Notes: a model not told the origin generated them from the letters alone. DNA of 64,000 nucleotides from an uncultured Flavobacteriales bacterium (GCA_903873905.1 CAIQQJ010000131.1:96490-160489); one strand, 5' to 3'; positions 19,495 through 30,544 are shown, counted from the first letter of the stretch. Numbers and translations are program-made.

Positions 19495-20142
19495 TTAATT
19501 ATTCTCACCCACAAAAGGATTCGTCTTTTTCTCAATTCCAATTTTAGTGAAGTTTCCATGACCGGAATAAATTTTCACATCATCGGGAAGGGGAAATAAT
19601 TTCTCGCGAATACTTTTTAATAGCGTTTCGTGATCACCACCAGGCAAATCAGTTCTGCCAATACTGCCTTGAAATAAAACATCACCACAAATTGCAAATT
19701 TTTCTTTTACAGAATAAAAACAAACACTTCCAGGTGAATGGCCTGGTGTAAATAAAATATCAAGTGATGTATTTCCAAATTTTACTTGCTGTCCTTCCTC
19801 CAAAGTCAAAATCGGTTTTGGCTGAATTTTGCCGTTGAACCCATACACCTGACAAACCATTGGGAATGATTCGAGTGTTCCCATTTCATCAGGATGAATT
19901 TCAAGTTGCAATTTCCATGTTTCTGCAACGAATGGATTTCCGAAAACATGGTCAAGATGACAATGCGTATTCAATAATTTAACTGGACGCAAATTGTTTT
20001 TTGCAATGTAAGATTTCAATTCTTCCTCTTCCTCGGAGTTATGACAACCAGGATCAATAATTATACATTCACCTGTTTCGTCGGAAAGCAGGTAGGTGTT
20101 CTCGTAAAAAGGATTGAAAGGAAAAACTTTTATAGTAACCAT
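19495..20142 (-). CDS. MBL-fold metallo-hydrolase (GloB-like)
   Basis: It carries the HCHLDH metal-binding motif. Start at internal MVTIKVFPFNPF. Confidence 0.8.
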   Translation of the reverse strand: MVTIKVFPFNPFYENTYLLSDETGECIIIDPGCHNSEEEEELKSYIAKNNLRPVKLLNTHCHLDHVFGNPFVAETWKLQLEIHPDEMGTLESFPMVCQVYGFNGKIQPKPILTLEEGQQVKFGNTSLDILFTPGHSPGSVCFYSVKEKFAICGDVLFQGSIGRTDLPGGDHETLLKSIREKLFPLPDDVKIYSGHGNFTKIGIEKKTNPFVGENN

Positions 20143-20351
20143 TTTGCAAAAATACATCATGGAAATTCTATTTTCCCGTCATAATTAACATTTTTGGCAA
20201 AATCTAACAATTAACTCATCATAAATCGTGCATTGCTCATTATTATGACGGTGATAGATGTAAATCCTTTTCCCTAACTTTATAGCTCGGCTTTTAAAGG
20301 TCGTATTCCTCGGAAAAGCAAAGACATCCTCCTCCAACTTTTCTTTGTCCG

Positions 20352-23300
20352 ATGAAAAATCTGCTTATGGAAAAGTATTCGAATTCAATTTATTTTTCTT
20401 CCTCTGCCCGACGGATTTTGGTCTTGTGCGCAATTATTCTTTTCCCCTATTTTTCCTTTGGTCAATTTTACAATGGATCACAAACGGATTTCGGACAAAA
20501 TCGTGTGCAATACCAGGATTTCAAATGGAACTTTTACAAATTCCCGAAATACGAAGTTTATTATAATACGGGAGGAAAGGAATTGGCGATTTATGTTGCA
20601 CGCGCAGCAAAACGTCACATCGCCGATATTGAGAAATTTTTTGATTACACGGTTGATGATCGCATTCAATTTATTGTTTACAACAAGCAAGAAGATTTCA
20701 AACAGAGTAATGTTGGTTTGAATTCTGAAGATGGAACAAATGTGGGTGGCATTACACGAATCGTTGGAAGAAAAGTTTTTCTTTATTATGAAAACGATCA
20801 CGTAAAATTAGAAGAACAAATTCGCGCTGGAATTGCTGAAGTGCTCGTGAACCAAATGATGTATGGTGGCAATATGCGTGACATGGTAAAAAATTCCACC
20901 TTGCTCAATTTGCCTGAATGGTACACCAAAGGATTGATTTCATATGTAGCGAAAGGTTGGGACAGCGAAACAGACAATCGTGTGCGCGATGGAATTATGA
21001 GTGGGCGTTATAATAAATTCAATCACCTCACTGGGCAGGAAGCACTTTACGCTGGACAATCCATTTGGTATTATATCGCTGAAAAATATTCTCCTGCTGT
21101 CATTCCGAATATTCTTTACATGACAAAAGTGAGTCGAAACGTAGAAAGTTCATTCTTGTTCGTGCTCGGTGTTAATATGCATGTGCTTACGATGGACTGG
21201 ATGAATTATTATTCTGAAAAATATTCATTCAATGACACCACACGCACGCTTCCTGAAACTAAACCTTTCATTCCCAAACCTCGCTCTTCAAAAATATATA
21301 GCGATGCAAAAATAAGTCCCGACGGACATTACATGACTTACGTTACCAATGAAATGGGACAGGTAAGATTATGGCTTGAAGATTTGCAAACGGGGAAAAA
21401 GAAAAAGTTATTCAAGATGGGCCAAAAACTCGATCGTATCAATGACTATTCTTATCCGATCATTGCTTGGCATCCGAATGGACAAATTCTTTCTTACATC
21501 TATGAAAAGAAAGGAGACACATGGCTTGTCATTTATACAATTGATGGTGGAGAAAAAGTAGTAAGACCAATTTACAATTTCATAAAAATTCTAGATTTTT
21601 CTTATTCTCCAGATGGAAAATCATTTGTCATGTCTGCAGTTCAGAATGGACAAACTGACATTTACCTATATAATATTGGCGGAGGTTCTGCAATTCCAAT
21701 TACACATGACGTTTGTGATGACTTAAATCCACGCTTTGTTGAGAATGGGAAAAGCATCATCTTCAGTTCCAACAGAACAAATGACACCTTGAATGTTAAT
21801 GTGAATCCAGATTCAAAATTGGTTACCTCATTTGATCTTTTCGTTTACAATTGGGAAACACGTTCGCAAGTATTACGCCGCATTACAAACACTCCTGACA
21901 TAAATGAATTACAGGCACAACCTTGGGACACTGCACGTTTTTCATATCTATCCGATCAAAATGGAATTTACAATCGGTACGTTGGATATTTCGACAGCAC
22001 CATTTCTTATATCGATACCGCTGCGCATTACAAATATCTTGCACGAAGTATTCCAGTTACAAATTACAAATACGGAATCATTGAACAGGACATTTCTCCG
22101 GGAGCAAACAAGTTAACAGAAGTGATTTTTCATGACGGAAAATATTGGATTTATACAGAAGCACTTGCACCATTTGAATCTCTCGGTTCTGTTAAATTAA
22201 AAAACACATCCCATCGTGAGCGCATGATTGAATTGGCGAAAGTGGATGAAGAATTGGAGTTGGAACAAAAACAGAAGAAAGAAAATCCACCAGTTCCCAA
22301 TGGAAAGCCAATGCAAACGGTAAAAGTTTATGAATCGCCGTCGCAGCGTGACCAACAAAAAAAGGATAGTTCAAAAGTTGACATCAACAATTATCAGTTC
22401 GACGATTCAAAAAATAATTCAAAAAACAATCCGCCTCCGTCCTCTGCAAATAACCAATCCGATACTACAAGAGGAGATACCATTGCGAAGCAACCCATTG
22501 ACGAATTCATCCTTCCTATTGCTAGAAATTACAAAGTTCAATTCAGCACAGAATATGTTGTCAGTCAACTCGACAATAGTTTTCTGAATGCCGGTTATCA
22601 AAGATTCACTGGTGGTGATTCACCGATTTATCTCAACCCTGGTTTTACAGGATTATTGAAAATTGGAATGACAGATTTGTTGGAGGACCATAAAATTGTA
22701 ACAGGCGTTCGTTTATCGAGTGATTTGAAAAGCAATGAATACGTCATGTATTATGAAGATCGCACACGACGTTGGGACAAATCACTGATGTTGCATCGTC
22801 AAGCATTTTTGAATGTGAGTGGTTCTGGAACAAGAAGTAAAATCTATACACACGAAGCGAGATATGGGTTGAAATTTCCGTTCAACGAAGTGTTAAGTGC
22901 ACGTGCAACTTTTGGATATCGTAATGACCAGCGAATTTTTCTTGCGGATAATTATCCGAACATGTTAGCAAAAAATAATTACACCAATTCTTCCAACGCG
23001 AAAGTTGAACTCGTTTTCGACAATACAATCAAGCGCGGATTGAATTTGTATAATGGAATGCGTTTCAAAGTTTACATGGAAACATTTCAAGGAATCGACA
23101 GCTTGTTTACTGCAAAGATTTCATCCAACCACAAATTGAAAAATGATCTTTACGCTGTTGGTTTTGATTGGCGTTATTACTTGCGTGTAAGTCGTGAAAT
23201 AGTTTGGTGCAATCGAATTGCTGCGGCAACTTCATTTGGACATGAAAAATTGGTTTATTACATGGGAGGAGTTGACAATTGGTTAGCTCCAAAATTTGAT

Positions 23301-23756
23301 CAAAGTGTTCATGTCGCAGATAATCAGAACTACACGTATCAAACGCTTGTAACACCGATGCGTGGCTTCTGGCAAAATGCACGCAATGGAAATACATTCG
23401 CAGTCATCAACAGCGAATTGCGCATTCCTGTTTTCCGTTATTTGTTTAATCGCCCCTTACGTTCTGACTTCATCAATAATTTTCAGTTGATCGGTTTCGG
23501 CGATATTGGATCAGCATGGACTGGAAAAAACCCTTATGGCCCAGAGAATTCTTTAAACACCACAGTCATCAGTGCAACAGGAAATCCGATTATGGTCATT
23601 CTTAAAAACCATACAGATCCAATTATTGGTGGATACGGAATTGGAGTTCGTACACGATTGTGGGGATATTTTGTAAGAATTGACTGGGCATGGGGAGTTG
23701 AAAACAGAGTCGTGCTTCCACGCGCAACTTATCTTTCATTTAGTCTGGATTTTTAA
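20352..23756 (+). CDS. large secreted protein: N-terminal domain of unknown function, PD40/TolB-like beta-propeller repeats, and a C-terminal predicted outer-membrane beta-barrel ending in Phe
   Basis: 1134 aa. The PD40-like repeats include YSPDGKSFVMSAVQNGQTDIYLYN and GKSIIFSSNR. The C-terminal 400 aa have an alternating pattern and a terminal aromatic (LSFSLDF). Confidence 0.65.
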   Translation: MKNLLMEKYSNSIYFSSSARRILVLCAIILFPYFSFGQFYNGSQTDFGQNRVQYQDFKWNFYKFPKYEVYYNTGGKELAIYVARAAKRHIADIEKFFDYTVDDRIQFIVYNKQEDFKQSNVGLNSEDGTNVGGITRIVGRKVFLYYENDHVKLEEQIRAGIAEVLVNQMMYGGNMRDMVKNSTLLNLPEWYTKGLISYVAKGWDSETDNRVRDGIMSGRYNKFNHLTGQEALYAGQSIWYYIAEKYSPAVIPNILYMTKVSRNVESSFLFVLGVNMHVLTMDWMNYYSEKYSFNDTTRTLPETKPFIPKPRSSKIYSDAKISPDGHYMTYVTNEMGQVRLWLEDLQTGKKKKLFKMGQKLDRINDYSYPIIAWHPNGQILSYIYEKKGDTWLVIYTIDGGEKVVRPIYNFIKILDFSYSPDGKSFVMSAVQNGQTDIYLYNIGGGSAIPITHDVCDDLNPRFVENGKSIIFSSNRTNDTLNVNVNPDSKLVTSFDLFVYNWETRSQVLRRITNTPDINELQAQPWDTARFSYLSDQNGIYNRYVGYFDSTISYIDTAAHYKYLARSIPVTNYKYGIIEQDISPGANKLTEVIFHDGKYWIYTEALAPFESLGSVKLKNTSHRERMIELAKVDEELELEQKQKKENPPVPNGKPMQTVKVYESPSQRDQQKKDSSKVDINNYQFDDSKNNSKNNPPPSSANNQSDTTRGDTIAKQPIDEFILPIARNYKVQFSTEYVVSQLDNSFLNAGYQRFTGGDSPIYLNPGFTGLLKIGMTDLLEDHKIVTGVRLSSDLKSNEYVMYYEDRTRRWDKSLMLHRQAFLNVSGSGTRSKIYTHEARYGLKFPFNEVLSARATFGYRNDQRIFLADNYPNMLAKNNYTNSSNAKVELVFDNTIKRGLNLYNGMRFKVYMETFQGIDSLFTAKISSNHKLKNDLYAVGFDWRYYLRVSREIVWCNRIAAATSFGHEKLVYYMGGVDNWLAPKFDQSVHVADNQNYTYQTLVTPMRGFWQNARNGNTFAVINSELRIPVFRYLFNRPLRSDFINNFQLIGFGDIGSAWTGKNPYGPENSLNTTVISATGNPIMVILKNHTDPIIGGYGIGVRTRLWGYFVRIDWAWGVENRVVLPRATYLSFSLDF

Positions 23757-23763
23757 AATCAGT

Positions 23764-24978
23764 ATGGAAGAAGTAATCGTTTTAAAAACTGCAATTCAAA
23801 ATGCTGCACGCGAATTACTACCGCGTGTCATTACCATCCGCAGACATTTGCATAAGCATCCCGAACTTTCATTTAAGGAATTCAACACAGCAGCATTTGT
23901 TGCGGATGAATTGGAAGCATTGGGAATTCCATTCGAAAGAATGTGTGACACCGGAATTGTTGCAATAGTGGAAGGAAAAAATCCAAAATTAAAAACCATA
24001 GCGTTGCGTGCAGATTTGGATGCATTACCAATTTCTGAAAAAAATAATGTTCCCTATAAATCCGTCAATGAAGGAATCATGCATGCATGCGGACATGATG
24101 TGCATGCCTCCTCGCTGTTGGGTGTTGCTCACCTTCTAAAACAATTTAGTGGAAATTTTGAAGGCACAGTAAAACTTATTTTTCAACCTGGAGAAGAAAA
24201 AGCTCCTGGTGGCGCTTCACTCATGATTAAAGCGGGTGTATTGGAAAATCCAAAACCAAGTTGCATTTTCGCACAACATGTTTTTCCTTCACTTCCAGCG
24301 GGAAAAGTTGGCTTCAGAAGTGGTATGTACATGGCATCTACCGATGAATTATACATGACCATTATCGGAAAAGGCGGACACGCTGCCATGCCAGCAGATT
24401 ATGTAAATCCTGTTTTGATTGCATCCACCATCATTGCAGCCCTTCATCAATTTTTCATGGATGAAAACACCAAACTCCGAAGCGCAAAAGAAAATCCCAC
24501 AGTTTTGGCATTTGGAAAGATTGACGGTATGGGCGCAACAAATGTCATCCCAGATAAAGTTTTGGTGGAAGGAACATTCCGCACCATGAATGAAGAGTGG
24601 CGTTCCGCTGCACATGAGTACATGAAAAAAACAGCCATCGCAATTGCAAGAGATATGGGTGGCGATTGTGAATTCAGAGTTGAAAATGGTTATCCGTTTT
24701 TGGTTAACGATCCTACTGTAACCGATAAAGCAAAAATTGCGGCTGAAAATTATTTGGGAAAAGAAAATGTTGTAGAATTAGAAAAAAGAATGACAGCTGA
24801 AGATTTCGCTTTTTTCTCACAAAAATTGCCAGCCTGCTTTTTTCGTTTAGGAACAGCCTCTACCGATGGGAAAAATTCCGAAGGTGTTCACACTTCCAAT
24901 TTTGACATTGACGAAAAAGCACTTGAAACAGGAATGGGATTGATGGCCTGGATTGCCATTGATGCTTTACAAGGTTAA
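23764..24978 (+). CDS. M20 family amidohydrolase (N-acyl-L-amino acid amidohydrolase/hippuricase-like)
   Basis: It carries MHACGHDVH and a dimerisation domain. The start is placed at MEEVIV, just after the upstream stop codon. Confidence 0.85.
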   Translation: MEEVIVLKTAIQNAARELLPRVITIRRHLHKHPELSFKEFNTAAFVADELEALGIPFERMCDTGIVAIVEGKNPKLKTIALRADLDALPISEKNNVPYKSVNEGIMHACGHDVHASSLLGVAHLLKQFSGNFEGTVKLIFQPGEEKAPGGASLMIKAGVLENPKPSCIFAQHVFPSLPAGKVGFRSGMYMASTDELYMTIIGKGGHAAMPADYVNPVLIASTIIAALHQFFMDENTKLRSAKENPTVLAFGKIDGMGATNVIPDKVLVEGTFRTMNEEWRSAAHEYMKKTAIAIARDMGGDCEFRVENGYPFLVNDPTVTDKAKIAAENYLGKENVVELEKRMTAEDFAFFSQKLPACFFRLGTASTDGKNSEGVHTSNFDIDEKALETGMGLMAWIAIDALQG

Positions 24979-25062
24979 ATCGTAATAGGACAACAGATCA
25001 TCCTTATCACCAAATCTTTTTTTAAAAGCGAGTATAAATTTGGAATAATAAATTTCTTTTCC

Positions 25063-26325
25063 ATGAAAAAATATTTTCTTCTATTGCTCCTTTGCTCCCA
25101 TCATATTTTCGCGCAACAAACGAAAGTCCTTTTTCTGGGAAACAGTTATACCTACACCAACAACATGCCCGATTTGCTTTACCAATTGAGTTTGGCAAGC
25201 CATGACAGCATTGCCTATGATTCTAATACACCCGGAGGTTACACTTTTCAAAATCACACACAAGATGGCACTTCGATTGCGAAAATAAATTCTCGTCAAT
25301 GGAATTATATAATTCTTCAAGGACAAAGTCAAGAGCCAAGTTTGGATACGCCTTATGTTGTTGCAAATGTTCTTCCCTATGCAGCACAACTGGATAATAT
25401 GATTCAGGCAAATGATTCTTGCACACAAACTATTTATTTCATGACATGGGGAAGGAAAAATGGTGACGCTTCAAATTGTGTGGCCTACCCTCCTGTTTGC
25501 ACCTTTTTAGGAATGCAACAACAATTGAAAAACCGCTACTTGCAAATGGGAATTGACAATCATGCAATTGTTGCTCCGGTTGGTGAAGCATGGAAAAATG
25601 TAATCGCTACAAATCCCACGTTCGATTTATATATTTCCGATGAAAGTCATCCGAGTTTGTATGGCTCTTATTTGACGGCTTGTGTTTTTTATGCGACGAT
25701 TTACAGAAGAAGTCCACTTGGCTTAAATTATTATGCAGGACTTCCTGTCAATGATGCAATACTTTTACAAACCATTGCGGGAAGTACAGTTTTAGATTCC
25801 ATGCAATTGTGGAATACGGAAATTTATTATCCGAATGCAAACTATATTTTTTCTCAACTCACTTCCACTTCACTTAACCTCATCAATTCAGATGCAAGTG
25901 CAACAAGTTGGTATTGGGATAATGGAACAGGAAATGGTTTTGTTCAAGGAACTGCAAATCAAATTTTGAATTTTCCGAATGTCACCACTTATAATGTTTG
26001 TCTTGCAGTTTCAAATGCTTGTCATTCCGACACCAGTTGCCAGACTATTAATTTGGCGACAGTTGGAATTGTTGAAAATATTTTGACGGAAATAAAAGTG
26101 GTACAGGATTTTTCTTCTGGATATTTTTCCATTCAATTTCCTGAACAAACAAAAGGTCCGTTCAGCCTTCATCTCTTTGATGCGATGGGTAGGGAAATAA
26201 AATCAATTGAAACAGGAGAACATCAAATTCAATTTGAAAATCCAAGTCCAGGGATTTACTTCATAAATGCAGAGGGAAATGGAATTCTATTTACAGGAAA
26301 ATCAATATTAATTCCTGCAAAATAA
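25063..26325 (+). CDS. secreted SGNH/GDSL-like hydrolase domain protein with T9SS type-A C-terminal sorting domain
   Basis: Signal peptide and an FLGNSYTY motif, which resembles a GDS(L) block. The C-terminus GIYFINAEGNGILFTGKSILIPAK is Por_Secre_tail-like. Confidence 0.65.
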   Translation: MKKYFLLLLLCSHHIFAQQTKVLFLGNSYTYTNNMPDLLYQLSLASHDSIAYDSNTPGGYTFQNHTQDGTSIAKINSRQWNYIILQGQSQEPSLDTPYVVANVLPYAAQLDNMIQANDSCTQTIYFMTWGRKNGDASNCVAYPPVCTFLGMQQQLKNRYLQMGIDNHAIVAPVGEAWKNVIATNPTFDLYISDESHPSLYGSYLTACVFYATIYRRSPLGLNYYAGLPVNDAILLQTIAGSTVLDSMQLWNTEIYYPNANYIFSQLTSTSLNLINSDASATSWYWDNGTGNGFVQGTANQILNFPNVTTYNVCLAVSNACHSDTSCQTINLATVGIVENILTEIKVVQDFSSGYFSIQFPEQTKGPFSLHLFDAMGREIKSIETGEHQIQFENPSPGIYFINAEGNGILFTGKSILIPAK

Positions 26326-26458
26326 GATTCAAATTGATTCAGTTAATATTTACTTAACATGAATCGTGTTGGTAATTTACAAATCCTTCATGTTTTCATA
26401 AAACCAAAGAATGATTTTCAGTGCAAGTCAAAGCTAAATTTGTAAGGAAGTATTCCTT

Positions 26459-26779
26459 ATGAAAAACGCTATTTCAATTCTATTCATCTTTCTTTTTGTT
26501 GGCAACATTTTCGCTGCAACACCAAAAACAGACATCATGTTTGTGAATGGAACGGTTTGCGATAAAAAAAATCATGAAAGCCTTGCTGGTGTGGAAGTGC
26601 GTGTGAAAGGGACAAACATTGTGGTCTACACAGATTTCGATGGGAACTTTTTTCTACCAGAACTTCCTCGCGGAAATTATCAATTGGATTTTAATTACAT
26701 CACCTATTCTTCAAGTCAATTGGTGACCGACAATTGCGATCATTGCTCCACGCTTACGGTGGAAATGAATCAGCAATAA
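26459..26779 (+). CDS. small secreted carboxypeptidase-regulatory-like domain protein
   Basis: 106 aa. Signal peptide and a CarbopepD_reg-like motif (VNGTVCDKKNHESLAGVEVRVKGTN...DGNFFL). Confidence 0.5.
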   Translation: MKNAISILFIFLFVGNIFAATPKTDIMFVNGTVCDKKNHESLAGVEVRVKGTNIVVYTDFDGNFFLPELPRGNYQLDFNYITYSSSQLVTDNCDHCSTLTVEMNQQ

Positions 26780-26949
26780 TTTAACCTTACACTAAATTAA
26801 GTTTTGCCCGTATTGTCAATGAATTACGTTGATTTACAGCGACTTAACTCTAATGTAAAGTTTAGGTTACTCAATCGTTATCGCATGGAAAACCAATATG
26901 ATAAATTTGTTTTAGTAATTGTATTACTCACAATTTAAAAACAAAGATC

Positions 26950-27423
26950 ATGAAACGTATCGCACTATTCCTTTCCCTCGCCATACTTTCAACTACAACG
27001 TTGAATGCCCAAGTCGCTTCCATTCAAAATGGTTACTACGCTGATGCAAACGGACAAGGGTTCACGGGAAAATACACTGAGTTTTTTGAAAGCGGAATAA
27101 TGAAATCCGAGATCAACATCACACAAGGCAAAGTTGAAGGATTCGCGATTTACTATTATGAAAATGGATCGAAAATGGAATCAGGAATTTATCTTGCTGG
27201 ATTGCGTGATGGCTTGTGGGAAAAATGGAGTGAGAAAGGAATTAAAACTGGCGAAGCAAATTATAAAGTTGGAGTGAAAGATGGAATGTGGATTGTTTGG
27301 GATGAACAAGGAAGTAAACGCATGGAAATGCATTATATAAGCGGACAAAAATCAGGGAAATGGCTAATGTGGGACGAAAAAGGAATTTTGAGTGGGGAAA
27401 GAATTTATTCAGACGCGCAATAA
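26950..27423 (+). CDS. MORN-repeat variant protein (YwqK-like)
   Basis: 157 aa. Signal peptide, then repeated G-x-W-x-x-W/Y-x-x-G units (GLWEKWSEKGIK, GMWIVWDEQG, GKWLMWDEKG). Confidence 0.65.
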   Translation: MKRIALFLSLAILSTTTLNAQVASIQNGYYADANGQGFTGKYTEFFESGIMKSEINITQGKVEGFAIYYYENGSKMESGIYLAGLRDGLWEKWSEKGIKTGEANYKVGVKDGMWIVWDEQGSKRMEMHYISGQKSGKWLMWDEKGILSGERIYSDAQ

Positions 27424-27445
27424 TTTACAATTGCACAATATTTTA

Positions 27446-27480
27446 AAAGGCTTTCTTTACCAAAAGAAAGCCTTTTTCCA
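27446..27480. terminator. bidirectional rho-independent terminator (MORN gene / trmB)
   Basis: aaaggctttctttaccaaaagaaagcctttttcc forms a perfect 12-bp stem. Confidence 0.65.
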
Positions 27481-27497
27481 TTCTTGCAAATTCGTAA

Positions 27498-28217
27498 TCA
27501 AAGAATTTCTGTAAGTGGAAATATTTTCGCGTCCACCCCATATCCCTCTTTTAGGCGGAACGATACATAGGTGATGTTCATTCCTTCTCCAAGAAATCTT
27601 TTTTCGTAAGCCGTTTGAATATTTGTCAGGATTGCATCGTGCGGTTTTCCATCACCATAAATATCATTACTACATTCAAGAATGGTGTGCTTTTCTTCCG
27701 CAATTATTTCCAAGGTATATTCATGCAGCAACACACTGTCCGTTTTCAGATGAATGATTCCATCTTTCCCAAGCAAATGCGCATAACGTACAAGAAATAG
27801 CGGAGACGATAATCGCTTACGCGGTTTCTCTTTTTGTGGATCAGAAAATGTCAGCCAGATTTCATCTACTTCACCTTCATCAAAAATCGCATTGATAAAA
27901 TCAATTCGTGTACGTAGAAATGCTGCATTGTTTAATCCTTTTGTAATTGCAATTTTCGCACCCCGATGCATTCTTGCCCCTTTGATATCAATACCAATGA
28001 AATTCTTGTTTGGAAATTGTTCAGCCATCCCAACAGTGTATTCTCCCTTTCCACAACCCAATTCCAATACAATTGGATTTTCATTCTTGAAAAATTCTTT
28101 TTTCCATTTTCCGCGCAAAGGATGCAAACCAATATTTTCCACATCGCGAAAGCCGAACTGCACTACATTGGGCATTTCCTTCATCTCGGCGAATCGTTGG
28201 AGCTTATTTTGTTTCAT
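27498..28217 (-). CDS. trmB: tRNA (guanine46-N7)-methyltransferase
   Basis: Start at internal MKQNKLQRFAEM. SAM-binding motif LELGCGKGEYT. Confidence 0.85.
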   Translation of the reverse strand: MKQNKLQRFAEMKEMPNVVQFGFRDVENIGLHPLRGKWKKEFFKNENPIVLELGCGKGEYTVGMAEQFPNKNFIGIDIKGARMHRGAKIAITKGLNNAAFLRTRIDFINAIFDEGEVDEIWLTFSDPQKEKPRKRLSSPLFLVRYAHLLGKDGIIHLKTDSVLLHEYTLEIIAEEKHTILECSNDIYGDGKPHDAILTNIQTAYEKRFLGEGMNITYVSFRLKEGYGVDAKIFPLTEIL

Positions 28218-28412
28218 GCAACAAATGTAATTACGATTTACGATGTACGATGTGGTTTTTTGCCACCAAGTCATGAAGACACGAAGGTTGTCAGCAGCAA
28301 ATAAACACATTTTAGTATCAACTGAAATCCTTCGAGCTTTAGTCCTTAGTGGCCCTTCATCAAGATTCTGACAAGCCTCATAATTCGTTGACTTTTCCCG
28401 ATCTTTACACCA

Positions 28413-29492
28413 ATGAAATTACTTGGCAAAAAACGTGTACTTGTGGCGCCACTCGATTGGGGGCTTGGTCATGCTACACGATGCGTCCCTATTATCAGAG
28501 AATTATTGCAACAAGGTGCTGATGTAATACTTGCCGCTGATGGAAGGCCTTTTGCTTTTCTTGAAAAAGAATTTCCAGAATTGCCAATCCTGCGTTTTCC
28601 AGGATACGGCATCACCTATCCAAAAGACGGAAGCCTTGCATTGCATTTTCTTTTCAATGCGTGGAAAATTAGAAAAAAAATCAAGGAAGAAAAAAAAGCG
28701 ATTGAAATTCTTGTAAAAGAAAATAATATTGACATCATCATTTCCGACAATCGATTTGCTTGCCGTACAGATAAAACATTCAATGTTTACATCACGCATC
28801 AGTTGAACATAAAAACACCCTTCGCACAAAAGTTCGTGAATCGATTGCATAAAAAATATTACGAACAGTTTGATGTAATTTGGGTGCCCGATTTAGAAGG
28901 AAAAATAAATCTCTCGGGAGAACTGGGGCATGATGCAATTACTGAAACTCCATTCAGATATGTTGGTCCCTTAACACGGTTTCAGCCTGCTGACATGCTG
29001 AATTCTCGTCCGAGAAAATGGTGGTTAGTTGTTTTACTAAGCGGGCCAGAACCACAGCGTTCTCATTTTGAAAAAATAATTTTAGAAGAATTATCGAAAC
29101 ATGCGGAAGAAACTTTAATTCTCCGTGGAGTTACTGATGGTGACAAAAACATTTCGCATCCCTACCCTCACGTCACAATGATGAATCATCTTTCGGGAAA
29201 TGAATTACAAGAAGAAATTCTCAGTTCGCATTTTGTTCTTTGTCGCCCTGGCTATTCAACATTATGTGACCTTTCCGCATTGAATGTTTCTCCAATTGTT
29301 GTTCCAACTCCAGGACAAACCGAACAGGAATATCTCGCAGCCTATCATGCAGCACAAAATAATGTTGTGAATATTTCGCAGAAAGATTTTAGTCTGCGAG
29401 AAGCGATCAATGCTTATCACAACATCAATTTATTCGGTGTTTATCCGGATGAGAAAGCTTTGGAAAAAAGAGTGGCGGGAATTTTGCGCTAA
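28413..29492 (+). CDS. GT-B fold glycosyltransferase, GT28/MGDG-synthase-like (paralog of 40152..41294)
   Basis: 359 aa. N-terminal G-loop LDWGLGHATRC. The C-terminal region PGYSTLCDLS...PTPGQTEQEYLA shares its layout with the 40152 protein. Confidence 0.7.
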   Translation: MKLLGKKRVLVAPLDWGLGHATRCVPIIRELLQQGADVILAADGRPFAFLEKEFPELPILRFPGYGITYPKDGSLALHFLFNAWKIRKKIKEEKKAIEILVKENNIDIIISDNRFACRTDKTFNVYITHQLNIKTPFAQKFVNRLHKKYYEQFDVIWVPDLEGKINLSGELGHDAITETPFRYVGPLTRFQPADMLNSRPRKWWLVVLLSGPEPQRSHFEKIILEELSKHAEETLILRGVTDGDKNISHPYPHVTMMNHLSGNELQEEILSSHFVLCRPGYSTLCDLSALNVSPIVVPTPGQTEQEYLAAYHAAQNNVVNISQKDFSLREAINAYHNINLFGVYPDEKALEKRVAGILR

Positions 29493-29506
29493 TAATTAAT
29501 AAAACA

Positions 29507-30544
29507 TTATTTCGCTTTTGGCAATGTAAATGAAAACGTTGAACCCACACCTTCCGAACTACGCACATTGATTGCTTGGCCGTGAGCTTCCAAAATATGT
29601 TTTACAATTGCTAGTCCAAGTCCTGTGCCACCTTGGTCGCGTGAACGCCCTTTATCAACACGATAAAAACGTTCGAATAAACGTGACAAATGTTCTTTAG
29701 CAATTCCAATTCCATTATCTGAAATTTCTACAAGGATATTATCATCCATATCATAGAAACGGATTTCAGTTTCCCCTCCATCCTTGCCATATTTTAGTGA
29801 ATTCACTATGAGATTTGTAGCCACTTGACGAATCCGATCCTTATCGGCATTCACACGCATCGGCTTATAATTTTCCTTGAAATGCAAATTTATTTTCCGT
29901 TCACTCGCTTTCATCTCTTGCCCATACATCATGTCATTCATTAGCTCAACAATGTCGAAATTTTCCTTTTCAAGCACCATCTCGCCCGATTCCAAACGGG
30001 AAATGGATTCAAGATCCTCAACAATACTAATCATCCGCTCAACACTTTTTTCCGCACGTTGTAAATAATTTCTATTTATCGTTTCGTCTTCCAAACCTCC
30101 ATCTAGCAAAGTTGTGATGTAACCTTGAATATTAAAAATCGGAGTTTTTAATTCGTGAGAAACATTTCCAAGAAATTCACGCCTATAATGCTCCAGTTTT
30201 TTCAGATCTTCAATTTCAGTTGATCTGTTTTTCATCCAATCAGTCACTTCCCTTTCCATTTGTAACATCAGGTCGTCACTTTCCAGCAATTCACCGGAAG
30301 GATTATCCTTAATGTTATAAATAGTTTTGTATAATGTTCGTATTCTATTTTGGATAAAATTTCGAATGTAATATTGAAAAATAAACCAATTAAGAATAGC
30401 TGCGGCAAGCCCTGCGGCAAATGCAATCAACCATCGATCTGGTGATTTTAAAATAATTCCAATTGTAATTGTAATTGCAGTAACAAGAGCCCCGATAATC
30501 AGTGAAGCATTGAGAGCAAGCCTGCGAATGGAAAGTTGATTCAT
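29507..30544 (-). CDS. sensor histidine kinase (PhoR-like, two transmembrane helices)
   Basis: 345 aa. H-box VSHELKTPI. HATPase motifs: N box (NSLKYG) and G boxes (GIGIAKEH, GGTGLGLAI). Confidence 0.85.
   Translation of the reverse strand: MNQLSIRRLALNASLIIGALVTAITITIGIILKSPDRWLIAFAAGLAAAILNWFIFQYYIRNFIQNRIRTLYKTIYNIKDNPSGELLESDDLMLQMEREVTDWMKNRSTEIEDLKKLEHYRREFLGNVSHELKTPIFNIQGYITTLLDGGLEDETINRNYLQRAEKSVERMISIVEDLESISRLESGEMVLEKENFDIVELMNDMMYGQEMKASERKINLHFKENYKPMRVNADKDRIRQVATNLIVNSLKYGKDGGETEIRFYDMDDNILVEISDNGIGIAKEHLSRLFERFYRVDKGRSRDQGGTGLGLAIVKHILEAHGQAINVRSSEGVGSTFSFTLPKAK

Noticed and set aside
26950-27423. MORN-repeat protein as the antitoxin of a YwqK-type toxin-antitoxin pair
   Set aside because: No adjacent toxin gene. 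Standalone secreted MORN-repeat proteins are common.
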